A stretch of DNA of 64,000 nucleotides from a virus. Below, one piece after another: positions 35,863 to 45,181 of this stretch. Location of the stretch: positions 57,277 to 121,276 of IMG/VR virus record IMGVR_UViG_3300023174_000078, one strand, 5' to 3'. A model generated the notes under the pieces. The model worked only from the letters and a program-made list of their open reading frames with translations. It did no database searches and was not told where the DNA came from. Position numbers and translations under genes: made by a program. How positions within the stretch are numbered: position 1 is the stretch's first letter; each line of letters begins with the position of its first letter.

Positions 35863-36603
35863 ATGATAACAAGTGTATACAGCGGAGGTCTAGGCAATCA
35901 GTTATTTCAAGTAGTAGCTGGTTATTTTTTAGCAAAAGACAACAACGATGAGTACGGTATAAACCCGGATCTAAGTAAAGGCCTGGGGCAAGGAAGCGCT
36001 ATCACCGCTTATACAGATTCGATATTTAAAAATGTAAAGAAAACAAAGCACGCAGGATTAAATCTTTACACAGAACCGCAGTTTAACTACACGGCTATAG
36101 AATATTCAGAAGATTTATTATTAGAAGGCTACTTTCAATCTGAAAAATACTTCTTAAATAAGCGAGACGCGATAAACGAATTATTAGATTTCCGATGCGA
36201 CGAAGCGCCGACAAATGTTTGTGTCATTCATGTAAGGACGGGTGATTATTTGAATCGCACAGAGTTTGATGTAGTTACACCTCGATATTTTCAAAATGCA
36301 ATAAATTACGTTTTATCTATTAATCCGGCTGTAGTATTTAAAGTTGTGGCTGACAACGATAGTCACGCGTTGAGATATATACCTTCGGATATCAAATATG
36401 AATTTGTTTCATCGGATGATGAGCTGCGAGACTTAAGAACTATTTCACAATGTGATTACTCTATAATCTCCAATAGCTCGTTTGCTTGGTGGGGTAGCTA
36501 TTTAGGTAAAGGTAAAATGACACTAGCTCCCAGTACATGGTTTAATGTGAACTATAGTGTTGCGGATGTATATCGGAACGATATGATACAAATAGAAATA
36601 TGA
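35863..36603 (+). CDS. Alpha-1,2-fucosyltransferase-like (GT11)
   Basis: GGLGNQLFQ, GYFQSEKYF, HVRTGDY, SNSSFAWW. Confidence 0.9.
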   Translation: MITSVYSGGLGNQLFQVVAGYFLAKDNNDEYGINPDLSKGLGQGSAITAYTDSIFKNVKKTKHAGLNLYTEPQFNYTAIEYSEDLLLEGYFQSEKYFLNKRDAINELLDFRCDEAPTNVCVIHVRTGDYLNRTEFDVVTPRYFQNAINYVLSINPAVVFKVVADNDSHALRYIPSDIKYEFVSSDDELRDLRTISQCDYSIISNSSFAWWGSYLGKGKMTLAPSTWFNVNYSVADVYRNDMIQIEI

Positions 36604-37217
36604 TATTTGATTTCAAACATCTAATAACTAAATACAATATGAATTTACGTAATGTTATTCATATTGGCGGACATCACGGACATGAAGTGAAATTGTATAA
36701 AGAAATTAATCCTAATTGCACAGTTGAAATTTTTGAACCGCATCCTAATACGTTTTCGATAATGAAGAATAACGTGGCGTCATTCGCACAAATAAACTGT
36801 CATAATGTGGCATTAGGACCCCGGGAAACGGTTATGGAGCTTTACGTAGAAACGGATAATCAAGGACAGAGTAATTCCCTCTTAAAACCCAAATATCATG
36901 TTGAGCAGTATCCGTATATAAGATTTCAAAATGTAATTGAAGTGCCGGTTAAAACATTAGATAGCTTCCAATTAGATGAAAGCTACAATTTTATATCAAT
37001 TGATGTTCAAGGTTTTGAATTAGAGGTACTGAAAGGAGCAGTTTCTACGCTTAAAAATATAGAATATTTAATAGCCGAAGTTAACAATAAGGAGTTGTAT
37101 GAAGGCTGTTGTTTGGTTGAAGAATTGGATCAATTTTTAGAACAATTTAATTTACATCGTGTAGAAACAAATTGGGAGGGCGGAACCTGGGGAGACGGTT
37201 TTTATATAACGCAATGA
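36600..37217 (+). CDS. FkbM-family methyltransferase
   Basis: IHIGGH.G, FEP, SNSLL.P, IDVQGFELEVLKG, WGD..Y. Confidence 0.9.
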   Translation: MIFDFKHLITKYNMNLRNVIHIGGHHGHEVKLYKEINPNCTVEIFEPHPNTFSIMKNNVASFAQINCHNVALGPRETVMELYVETDNQGQSNSLLKPKYHVEQYPYIRFQNVIEVPVKTLDSFQLDESYNFISIDVQGFELEVLKGAVSTLKNIEYLIAEVNNKELYEGCCLVEELDQFLEQFNLHRVETNWEGGTWGDGFYITQ

Positions 37218-37237
37218 AAATTTCGAGAGATAGTTTA
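37207..37237 (+). repeat. 31-bp direct repeat, right copy (1 mismatch), overlapping a tRNA 5' end
   Basis: TAACGCAATGAAAATTTCGAGAGATAGTTTA. Confidence 0.9.
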
Positions 37238-37298
37238 AGTGGTCAGAACACGAGCAGACGTGCTGCAGGTCCAGGTTCGAGTCCTGGTCTCTCGACCA
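37224..37298 (+). tRNA. tRNA-like gene with a Pro-type acceptor (C1-G72, A73) and an aberrant anticodon arm
   Basis: CGAGAGA/TCTCTCG acceptor plus ACCA, intact D and T arms (CCAGG TTCGAGT CCTGG); anticodon arm AGCA-GACG-TGCT has only a 4-nt loop. Confidence 0.7.
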
Positions 37299-37484
37299 AA
37301 TCTAAAACAAAGCTTTGGCAAAAATTGCGAAAGCTCGACGCGTTATGCGCAAAGCATAAAGTTTTATACTTTAGCGACATCCCTTTTTGTATGTCGCTTA
37401 GGTCTTTAAGCAATACAGAAAAACACGAGCGCGCATTCGCTAAGTATGACAAACAAAGAAAAGATGTTCGACAGCAATTAAAGG

Positions 37485-38507
37485 CTATCGCAGCGCCATG
37501 CTCATGAGCATTTGTCGTTGTAAGTCTCTGTCTTGATTTTTTTGAATTAATGGATCGGCTTCGTAATCTCGAAGTGTAGCACCGCGAGGTAATCTACGCA
37601 TAATTTCTTCGATATTAGAATTCTCTTGTGAACGCTTTAAATAAGCTATGAGTGCGGCTATACCGCCCACGCCTAAACCTCCAATTAGTGAGCCTGCTGT
37701 TTCATTACCTTTTAGCTTGCCTATGGCTTTGCCCGCTAGAGCACCGCCAGCACCACCCAGCGCTCCTGCGGCTAACGCAGGCATCAAAGGGCTATACATG
37801 TTAGCTGCAGGCGAATCCGAATAGTTAGGGAAGAAAGTAGGTAGTAAAGCTCTCTTTCTTTTTTCGACAGCTTTAGCCTCATCCTCTCCCAGTTCCCGGC
37901 GAGGATTTTGACCCATAAACTGCTGAATATTCATGAGCTGTTTAGCCATCTCTGCTTCGTCGGCTTTTTTAACTGCGTCGGCTTTACCGGCGCTAATAGG
38001 ACGGCAACTACCTTTAGACTTTGGCTTTTTACCGGGAACTGGTTCATAGCCTTTCCAGCAGCGTCCAGCCGCTTCCTTTTCGGATTCTTTAGTAACTTTC
38101 TTCCACTGCTTCGCGTCTGGAAAATCAGCATCTCCGGGTTTAGCTGGAGTTTCTCCGCGTTCGCGTTTCGCATGAATATTCGCCCACAAACCCTTTCTTT
38201 TTGCGGCAGCTTCTTTTATTTCGCTCATGTCGAACGAGCACTTCCACTTACGAAGTGACTTGTTAATACGTGAATCAGGATCTCTGGCAGTTTCTGCGCT
38301 AGTCAGTTTAGCCTTCATACCTTTCATACGCGCGCAGAATGAATCTCTTCTGCTGCCACCTTCAGGTTGTGGACGTTTGAGATTTCCGCCTGTTTCTCTG
38401 TTGTAAGCCTTACGTCCAGCTTCGCTAAGTCCTCCTTCTGGATTTTTGTGTTTAGCTTTAAATTGAAAGTCTTCTTTTGCTCTCTTGTTGCTGGAAACTA
38501 GATTCAT
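37485..38507 (-). CDS. Modular phage (virion-associated?) protein with a DUF6321-like domain
   Basis: GGLSEAGR..YNRETG..LK...R.SFCARM...SRINKSLRKWKC; GLWANIHAKR; RCWKGY; Gly-zipper segment. Confidence 0.7.
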   Translation of the reverse strand: MNLVSSNKRAKEDFQFKAKHKNPEGGLSEAGRKAYNRETGGNLKRPQPEGGSRRDSFCARMKGMKAKLTSAETARDPDSRINKSLRKWKCSFDMSEIKEAAAKRKGLWANIHAKRERGETPAKPGDADFPDAKQWKKVTKESEKEAAGRCWKGYEPVPGKKPKSKGSCRPISAGKADAVKKADEAEMAKQLMNIQQFMGQNPRRELGEDEAKAVEKRKRALLPTFFPNYSDSPAANMYSPLMPALAAGALGGAGGALAGKAIGKLKGNETAGSLIGGLGVGGIAALIAYLKRSQENSNIEEIMRRLPRGATLRDYEADPLIQKNQDRDLQRQMLMSMALR

Positions 38508-38558
38508 AATTTAGCAAGCGGGTATGTTTGTGTGTTATATAATAATGAGGAGTTAAGC

Positions 38559-39050
38559 TTATTTCTTGCTAGTAAGAAGCTTAAACACTGTAGCCTTACT
38601 TTTATCTGTTGCTTCTTTAGTTTCTGAAGCAGCCTCGGCAGAAGAGGACTTACTAATACGTTGCTTGAGTTTGTATTGGCGTGTTTCTGAATCGTTGCAC
38701 ATAGCCTGCAGCAGGTCTTGTGTTCCGAGTGACGCGCCTTCATTAGCTTCTGATATAAGCTTACATAAATCCTCCTCACAAGTCAGGACAGCAGAAAAAG
38801 CAGCGTTGAATGCTGTTGGCGTTGTTTCGCCTTCTAGCATTTTAACAGCCTCGCTTTGAACTTTTATTAGGTCTACAGCTTGACCTAACCCAATCATACG
38901 CTCAATTACATTGTCGTATAGCCCCTCATAAACACCGTAAAGAGCACCAAGCTCTTCGTGGTCAGAATAAAAGGTTTCACCCTTACATGCGTTGTGTGCG
39001 TTGTGCGCGTAGAACTGCATGTAACGCAACTTTGTGGCTAATTTAGTCAT
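38559..39050 (-). CDS. Ferritin/Dps-like four-helix protein
   Basis: HNAH..CKG..F..DH..L..LY......D...E pattern. Confidence 0.7.
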   Translation of the reverse strand: MTKLATKLRYMQFYAHNAHNACKGETFYSDHEELGALYGVYEGLYDNVIERMIGLGQAVDLIKVQSEAVKMLEGETTPTAFNAAFSAVLTCEEDLCKLISEANEGASLGTQDLLQAMCNDSETRQYKLKQRISKSSSAEAASETKEATDKSKATVFKLLTSKK

Positions 39051-39083
39051 AATTTGATAATTCTATGTACCGAATAACTTAAT

Positions 39084-39749
39084 ATGCAAATACAATTACT
39101 TCAAGACAAACACGTGGAATATATTGATAATATTCTACTAAAAGACGGCGAATTGCAAGTTTTACCTGCAGTTGAGCTTTTACAAATCAATAATTACGAT
39201 CTTCGTCTTTGGTGTCATCACAAAGGCATATATGGTATTCCTTCTCAGGAACTTATAGACATTATTAATTCGCACTTGGTTGCGTATAAAAGTATAGAAG
39301 TCGGCGCTGGTTGCGGGGTATTTGGTCGTGCGCTGAATATACCTAGCACTGATTCCATGATTCAGAGCAATCCGGCAGTCGCTGCCTATTACGCGGCGCT
39401 GCAACAGCCTGTTGTTTCGTACGGTAAAGATGTCATAGAATTGGAAGCTTCAGCTGCGATTAACAAGTTTAAAGCTGATGTAGTATTTGGATCCTGGGTA
39501 ACACAGTATCACTCGTCGTTAGATACTGAAACGCTGGTTGGTGGCGGCTCTGTGCATGGCCTCCGGGAATCGGAGTTTATGCCGCGTATCAAGAAATATA
39601 TTGTTTATGGTAACGATCTCATTCACGGACAAAAAGAAATATTTATGAACCCTAAATACAAAGTCGAACGCATTTACAATGTACAAGACTTCTTTTCCCG
39701 GGCATCCAAACCGGAATTGAATTGTCTGTACATTGTCACACACGCTTAA
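39084..39749 (+). CDS. Methyltransferase-like protein
   Basis: IEVGAGCG motif I. Confidence 0.55.
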   Translation: MQIQLLQDKHVEYIDNILLKDGELQVLPAVELLQINNYDLRLWCHHKGIYGIPSQELIDIINSHLVAYKSIEVGAGCGVFGRALNIPSTDSMIQSNPAVAAYYAALQQPVVSYGKDVIELEASAAINKFKADVVFGSWVTQYHSSLDTETLVGGGSVHGLRESEFMPRIKKYIVYGNDLIHGQKEIFMNPKYKVERIYNVQDFFSRASKPELNCLYIVTHA

Positions 39750-40369
39750 ATAACAATATGGAAGAAGATTTTGAATCACTATTGATGCGCAGTTATCCTG
39801 CTTTGTTTGCTAAAAATGGAAAAGGCGAGTCCTATTGTATATGCGGGGCGGACGTACCTAAAGGTTGGCGCTCCATAGTTTTCGAACTGTGTGGCGCTAT
39901 TGATTATTATATCAAGAGCACGTATGTATTGAAATTTCAAGCGACCAGTAAGAAATACTACTTCTGGCACTTCCTACAATCAGCTACGCAAACGTTGCAT
40001 CACTTTATAATTAAGACGCTTTGTAAAAAGCTAAACAAACATGAATTCAATAAACCCTGGTTTGAATTGAATCGCAAATTAATAGGGCAAGTGACGCGGT
40101 ATGTCAAATATGACAGAATCCATCCGCCAGAAATTAATATTGAACAAATCAAACAAAAATTTGGCGGCCTAAGATTTTATTATTCTGGAGGTGATACGAC
40201 TGTAGCTGGTATGATTTATTTCGCTGAGCACCTTTGTAAGCAAACTTGCGAAGTATCTGGCGAAAAAGGAGAATTACATCGCAGAGCAGCGTGGTATAAA
40301 ACTTTGTCGCATACCGTAGCGAATACCATGCCTCATGTCGGTTACACACCAGTTAAACCAAATGAATAA
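39722..40369 (+). CDS. Conserved phage hypothetical protein (start probably at MEEDF)
   Basis: GW..I...L, QIKQKFGGLRFY, TCEVSG. Confidence 0.7.
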   Translation: MSVHCHTRLNNNMEEDFESLLMRSYPALFAKNGKGESYCICGADVPKGWRSIVFELCGAIDYYIKSTYVLKFQATSKKYYFWHFLQSATQTLHHFIIKTLCKKLNKHEFNKPWFELNRKLIGQVTRYVKYDRIHPPEINIEQIKQKFGGLRFYYSGGDTTVAGMIYFAEHLCKQTCEVSGEKGELHRRAAWYKTLSHTVANTMPHVGYTPVKPNE

Positions 40370-40727
40370 GAACAGAGCAATTCTAATTGACGCAGAAAAT
40401 CGTATTATTAAAGAAGTTGAAATTGGCGCGGGACTTGAAGACATTTACAAAAACATAGGATGTGATCTTTTCACCGTGGCCGGTAATTTCAATGAGGATG
40501 TTAACGCTAATTTACTCGATTCATTGCTAGTCGATGATGAAGGGTTACTAACACCAGGCAAACCTATATTCTCATTCAATCCGCCCGGATGGGACATGCA
40601 AACAGAGTTTGCCGGTAACGGATTGATTACTGGTGTTGATTATAATAACGGAGAAACTATTTCTTGTAGAATTCCATTGTATGATCTAGCGACATATGTG
40701 GACTGGACTAATAAATTAACAAATTAA
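40335..40727 (+). CDS. DUF3846-like protein (start probably at MNKNR)
   Basis: L..IY..IGC, VDDEGLL, FAGNGLITG. Confidence 0.65.
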   Translation: MSVTHQLNQMNKNRAILIDAENRIIKEVEIGAGLEDIYKNIGCDLFTVAGNFNEDVNANLLDSLLVDDEGLLTPGKPIFSFNPPGWDMQTEFAGNGLITGVDYNNGETISCRIPLYDLATYVDWTNKLTN

Positions 40728-40744
40728 TCTTTACAAAATTTAAT

Positions 40745-41080
40745 ATGGCTAATAAAAAATATCCTATACGCTTAAAACGCGTCGGCGTTTCTGAAATATT
40801 TAAGATCAGCGCAACACAAATAATTGTGACGCATTCGCCTGATAAATGTAAAGGACATTTCTGTTGTCTTCATAACCCTTCTAAGCATCATATGCGGGAT
40901 TGGACGCTAGTTTGGCGCGACGATAAGGGTGTGATGGAGCGCCTGTGTCCTGAGCATGGCGTAGGACACCCCGATCCTGATGATGCTGCGTATAACGAAA
41001 GAATAGGTAAAGCCTACAACAACATCCATGGTTGCTGTGGTTGTTGTCATGAACAACCGGTTAAACTTGTTGAAGCTTAA
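40745..41080 (+). CDS. His/Cys-rich metal-binding phage protein
   Basis: CCLHNPS.HHM..W, ERLCPEHGVGHPDPD, HGCCGCC. Confidence 0.7.
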   Translation: MANKKYPIRLKRVGVSEIFKISATQIIVTHSPDKCKGHFCCLHNPSKHHMRDWTLVWRDDKGVMERLCPEHGVGHPDPDDAAYNERIGKAYNNIHGCCGCCHEQPVKLVEA

Positions 41081-41409
41081 TTGGATTTTTCTAACCACTT
41101 CATTCCTAGCTGGACTAGAAATGTAAGTGCTGTTGATATGAGTGACGCAGCTACGCCGATCTTATACTTAATTAGTGTAATGTCCGTAGCCTGCGTTACA
41201 GAGCTTTGCTCAAATTGTTTTATTTGTTTAGATAATTCTTTGATAGACTCTGTGTTTTGATTTAACACTGCTGACATGTTGGCCACTAGCAAACGAAGGT
41301 CGGTCAGGTCTTTTGAGAGCTGATCTTGCTTTTCTTCGTGTCTTTCAAGTTCGGATAATACCATTTTTTGGTAGTGTGTCCAAGAATCTGGAATTGGCGT
41401 GTCAGGCAT
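41077..41409 (-). CDS. Coiled-coil protein with a C-terminal TM anchor
   Basis: W..Y.K.VL.ELER; heptads; C-terminal hydrophobic helix. Confidence 0.65.
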   Translation of the reverse strand: MPDTPIPDSWTHYQKMVLSELERHEEKQDQLSKDLTDLRLLVANMSAVLNQNTESIKELSKQIKQFEQSSVTQATDITLIKYKIGVAASLISTALTFLVQLGMKWLEKSN

Positions 41410-41872
41410 TTTGTGTTAAGAAGGGACAGTCGTTACATTTTTTGAGTAATGGCCACCCCGTACAGAATATGGAGTCGGAGCCCGAGTCATAAGATAAACT
41501 CATATGTATGAAGGTCCACTCATCTTTTTCGTAATGCTTGCATCTTGCGATGACTGTTTGTGTTTTATTGATTGTTTTAAGTTGAGTTAGGACAGTACTG
41601 ATTTTTTCTTTGTCCTGCTCGTGTATTAATTCGCATAGCTCTTTGTGTTCGATATGCTCTTGCGAATAGCCAAAATATTCTTCCCAAGCTGGATTAATTC
41701 GAGATATTCGATTGTCTCTTATTAGTACCAGTAATGCAGGATTCAGTTTCCAAAATAGAATCATGTCGGACTCAACTTCTTCTAGTCGTTTAGAAAGCGC
41801 ACGGAGCTCAGGTAAGAGACTTCGTTTTTCTTTCTTGACTGGGCGGCAATTCTCTTCAAGTATAGCAGGCAT
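41402..41872 (-). CDS. PAS-domain protein
   Basis: INPAWEEYFGYS..E.....ELIHEQD PAS signature. Confidence 0.75.
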   Translation of the reverse strand: MPAILEENCRPVKKEKRSLLPELRALSKRLEEVESDMILFWKLNPALLVLIRDNRISRINPAWEEYFGYSQEHIEHKELCELIHEQDKEKISTVLTQLKTINKTQTVIARCKHYEKDEWTFIHMSLSYDSGSDSIFCTGWPLLKKCNDCPFLTQNA

Positions 41873-41917
41873 GGCGGAGCTTCGGTAGTAACGTCATTAA
41901 CTTATATCATTAAATCT

Positions 41918-42391
41918 ATGTATTGGCAAAGTCCTAATCACATCGTTCTGGGCGGTAACATCACTTTTGATCCTTCGATCAGAGAAGTTAAAGTTTCAGA
42001 AGGTACTTCTAAGGTAATTGATTTTTCAATTGCTAACAACTTAAAATCTTCAGGTTCTCCTGCTGGAAAAGCACATTTTTTTAAATGTGAAGCCTGGGGC
42101 AAAACTGCGGAACTCATTAACGAATATTTTAAGAAGGGAGACCCTATCACTGTAGTGGGCTCGCTGCATTGGCATTCGTGGGAAGACAGCAAAACAAATG
42201 AGAAGCGGGAAGCCGTAAAGGTGCGTGTGGAATCTTTCTATTTCCCCGCATCCGCTTCGCGCAAAGGAGCAGATGAGCGCGCCGCTGCGCCCGTCATTAA
42301 TAATCGCCCACCACCACTACCAACACCAGCACCAGCGCAGAAGGGCGTGTCGCTATACCAAGGCACTAGCACCGATGACATCCCTTTTTAA
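41918..42391 (+). CDS. ssb: Single-stranded DNA-binding protein
   Basis: GNIT.DP, FSIA.N, C.AWGKTAE, KGD.I.V.G.L, C-terminal DDIPF. Confidence 0.93.
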   Translation: MYWQSPNHIVLGGNITFDPSIREVKVSEGTSKVIDFSIANNLKSSGSPAGKAHFFKCEAWGKTAELINEYFKKGDPITVVGSLHWHSWEDSKTNEKREAVKVRVESFYFPASASRKGADERAAAPVINNRPPPLPTPAPAQKGVSLYQGTSTDDIPF

Positions 42392-42513
42392 TTGACCCGC
42401 GCTAAATTTCGCGTGTCAAAGATTGTTACACGGTTACACAAACGTAGTTGTCTGCTATGGGCTAGTTTCTTGTGTTATATAAATTTGATACGCCTATCAA
42501 AGGCTGTCACATG

Positions 42514-42540
42514 AACACCCGGAGTAATGTCCGGGTGTTT
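42514..42540 (+). terminator. Hairpin
   Basis: AACACCCGGA-GTAATG-TCCGGGTGTT. Confidence 0.5.
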
Positions 42541-42621
42541 CGTGTTAGTGTTATTTATTATAAGCAGCAAAAGCAAAAGAAATAGAATCAGTTACAAATC
42601 CACACAAACGCAAACAAAACA

Positions 42622-43005
42622 ATGGCTAAAGTTATTATTACTATCAACGACGGTGAAGAATCAGGCAGTATCCACGTAGACTACGTTTTCGATCCCGAAA
42701 TTCCTCGCACAGCTACTGAGGCTGAAGCCTCAGAAATTCCTCTAACTCCCGCGCAAACTATGGCGTTGCATTTATATAACCAAATACAGGAAGCGGCCCA
42801 GGCTGTTATTGACGAAGATTATGAAGAACAAACAACCTCAGGCGAAGCTGAAGGCGAAAAAGATGAAGATACCTGCTGTGGTGGTAATTGTCACGCATCC
42901 GCAGCCGTTATTTCTGAGATCGAGCAAGACGATCCATTCGCAGGAGAAACGCTTACGCCGCGCCCGTGCAGCGTAGAAGACCCCAGCTGTGATTCATGTC
43001 AGTAA
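42622..43005 (+). CDS. Acidic protein with a Cys-rich C-terminus
   Basis: CCGGNC and CSVEDPSCDSCQ. Confidence 0.6.
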   Translation: MAKVIITINDGEESGSIHVDYVFDPEIPRTATEAEASEIPLTPAQTMALHLYNQIQEAAQAVIDEDYEEQTTSGEAEGEKDEDTCCGGNCHASAAVISEIEQDDPFAGETLTPRPCSVEDPSCDSCQ

Positions 43006-43011
43006 GCTGCT

Positions 43012-43269
43012 ATGACTGGTGCTTATTTGCGCGCAAAAAGAAATGGTAAGTGGGATAATGTAGAAGTTGAGCATCTCACTGAAGAAGAGTTAATAGCTAA
43101 ATTTATTACCCGCCCTCCTGAGGAGCTGGTAAATTGGATGTCCATGCTTTGTGCTAAACTGCGGCAGATTGAACCTGTCCTGAACGGTTTAGTTGCAGAT
43201 GGTATTCTTGTGTTAGCTGATCCGTGTAGTGCTACGAACGACAATTCTGAAAATGAGAACGAATCCTGA
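43012..43269 (+). CDS. Hypothetical protein
   Basis: ORF in operon. Confidence 0.6.
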   Translation: MTGAYLRAKRNGKWDNVEVEHLTEEELIAKFITRPPEELVNWMSMLCAKLRQIEPVLNGLVADGILVLADPCSATNDNSENENES

Positions 43270-43822
43270 TTACTGTTCTGCCATTAATTTTGCAGAACCA
43301 AAGGCCGCACCTACGGCACCTGTCCCTGAAGCACAATATTTAAGCCTTATAATTGAATTTACTAAGGTAGTATTTATGCATAAGCATACTATTGTGCCTG
43401 TTTTTATTTATGAAAAAGATGGGAACCTTCAGCACGTAAATATTCCGGCGTCCTTAATGGAGCCAGGCAGTAAAGAAGATCTGTACGGGTTGATTGGTTC
43501 TGCGGTGCAGGCGTTCCAACCTGATAGCTACTGCTTTGTTGCAGAGGCTTGGGCGTATAAGATGGATAATTTTACAAACGCCGAAGCAACCGCAAAAGCT
43601 CTTTCTGATTTTAAGAAAGGTATGCCAGATACCGGTATTACGCGCGAAGAGGTTGTTTCGTTGACGTTTACTAAAGTTAATGCCGACAAAAGCGTAGAAC
43701 GCTGGACCGGTACTGTACCGTTCTCGCGCGACGATGATGACGCAATAAACAGTTTTGGTTCTGAAAGATGGATCAAAGAAACTGCAAGTATGAAATTCAA
43801 AGGAGGCTTGGTAGTTCCATGA
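43229..43822 (+). CDS. Hypothetical protein
   Basis: EAW...REEV motif. Confidence 0.6.
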   Translation: MLRTTILKMRTNPDYCSAINFAEPKAAPTAPVPEAQYLSLIIEFTKVVFMHKHTIVPVFIYEKDGNLQHVNIPASLMEPGSKEDLYGLIGSAVQAFQPDSYCFVAEAWAYKMDNFTNAEATAKALSDFKKGMPDTGITREEVVSLTFTKVNADKSVERWTGTVPFSRDDDDAINSFGSERWIKETASMKFKGGLVVP

Positions 43823-44448
43823 CGGAGACAAAAACAAGTGAAAACCATGCGTTTGAAATCTTAGCGCAAGAAGTAGATAAAGTGTTCAGCGACATGCCTC
43901 CTAATAGGATCAAGCTCGCCGCTAACGCTTTGAATTTTTTAAACAAAAATGGTGGTAATGTCACTGAGGCGGCTAAAAAGTTTAAAATTACACGCCCTGC
44001 ACTAACAGCCTGGGTTAACTGGTTTAATGCTAAAGCGGACAGCGCGCACCATGTGGCGGTTAAAAAGAGAAATAATTATAGCGCTGTGTTTATGCGCAAA
44101 GTTGTAGACGCGTATAATAACGGCACCCCCGTAGATACCTTAAGTGTAGATTTTGGAGTCCCGGCGGCTTCTGTTTATAACTGGATAAGAGCCAGTAATA
44201 ACGGAAAACCGCAGAAGCGTGGTCGTAAACCAGGCGTTCCCAATTCTTTAGTGCGGCGTGTTATGCAGGATATTAAACACGAATATGATACTGAACAATC
44301 ATACAGTCTCGCAACCGATTTCACCGCTACCCCGGCAATATCGAAACCAGAGGCTAATACAGAATTAAATTTCTGTCCTTGCTGCGGTACCAATATCAAA
44401 GCGGTACGTGTAGCATTAGAAACGTGTCAGGAAATGAGCATCTCGTAG
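43768..44448 (+). CDS. Tandem HTH DNA-binding protein with AT-hook-like RGRKP and a CPCC element (start probably at 43819)
   Basis: VTEAAKKFKITRPALTAW and LSVDFGVPAASVYNW helix-turn-helix patterns. Confidence 0.7.
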   Translation: MDQRNCKYEIQRRLGSSMTETKTSENHAFEILAQEVDKVFSDMPPNRIKLAANALNFLNKNGGNVTEAAKKFKITRPALTAWVNWFNAKADSAHHVAVKKRNNYSAVFMRKVVDAYNNGTPVDTLSVDFGVPAASVYNWIRASNNGKPQKRGRKPGVPNSLVRRVMQDIKHEYDTEQSYSLATDFTATPAISKPEANTELNFCPCCGTNIKAVRVALETCQEMSIS

Positions 44449-44822
44449 ATATGCAAAAAAGCAAATTAACACTACCGATTGTGCGCGTGAGATCAACCGG
44501 TCTCACAGACAACTACACTTCGAAGGAAGATAGTTATATTAACTATGAAGTTATTAGATTAATATTATACGGCTTCGCAACGACAGCTGTTGCGCATAGA
44601 ACAGGCTTGACGTTTTCGCAGGTTCAAAACCGTGTGCGGATGTATAACCTGCAGGGTATGCGATCTATGTTTCGTATGGGTCATACGGAGCACTCGCAAC
44701 AAGTCATGAAATTGGCTATGCGCGTCCCTGCGCAGCGGGTAAACCAAGAGAAGGACTTGTATCAGACCATTCGTAATGGTGTACTAGAAACCTTTAGACA
44801 AAGAAAACAGCATCACCAATGA
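44379..44822 (+). CDS. HTH-like protein (start probably at MQKSK)
   Basis: GF.T.AVAHRTGLT.SQV..R. Confidence 0.55.
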   Translation: MLRYQYQSGTCSIRNVSGNEHLVDMQKSKLTLPIVRVRSTGLTDNYTSKEDSYINYEVIRLILYGFATTAVAHRTGLTFSQVQNRVRMYNLQGMRSMFRMGHTEHSQQVMKLAMRVPAQRVNQEKDLYQTIRNGVLETFRQRKQHHQ

Positions 44823-45181
44823 GTACAGCTGTTTATGATGATATATATGATCGTATTAACGATCTAATCGACAGAGAGAAAAGTCTGAAAGCTGAAATTG
44901 CTGCTGTTCGTAATGAACGCTCGCGGCTTAAATCACAGCTAAACTTTTCCGATGCGTCAAAGCCTAAGTGGGTATCAGAATTACCTAAAGAATTCTGGTA
45001 TCCTTCGTTTTATACATCTAAAGTAATTAATGACTTGTATCCCAACTTGGAATACAGGAATGTGCCGCCTGACCTTGAAGACTGGGCGAAAGGAGGAGGA
45101 GTGAAAGAATTCATTATAAACACAGCGCTAGGTATTGGTGTTGTGATCATAGCGCTGCAGTTATTTTTCTTTTTGTTGTGA
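44819..45181 (+). CDS. Coiled-coil protein with a C-terminal TM
   Basis: Sequence composition. Confidence 0.6.
   Translation: MSTAVYDDIYDRINDLIDREKSLKAEIAAVRNERSRLKSQLNFSDASKPKWVSELPKEFWYPSFYTSKVINDLYPNLEYRNVPPDLEDWAKGGGVKEFIINTALGIGVVIIALQLFFFLL

Noticed and set aside
37172-37507. ORF spanning the tRNA-like element
   Set aside because: Its 5' half is the tRNA-like sequence read as protein; only a short 3' part could be coding and there is no convincing start.
43768-44448. IS3-family transposase OrfA
   Set aside because: The HTH resembles it, but there is no DDE integrase ORF, terminal inverted repeats or target duplication; more likely a phage regulator.
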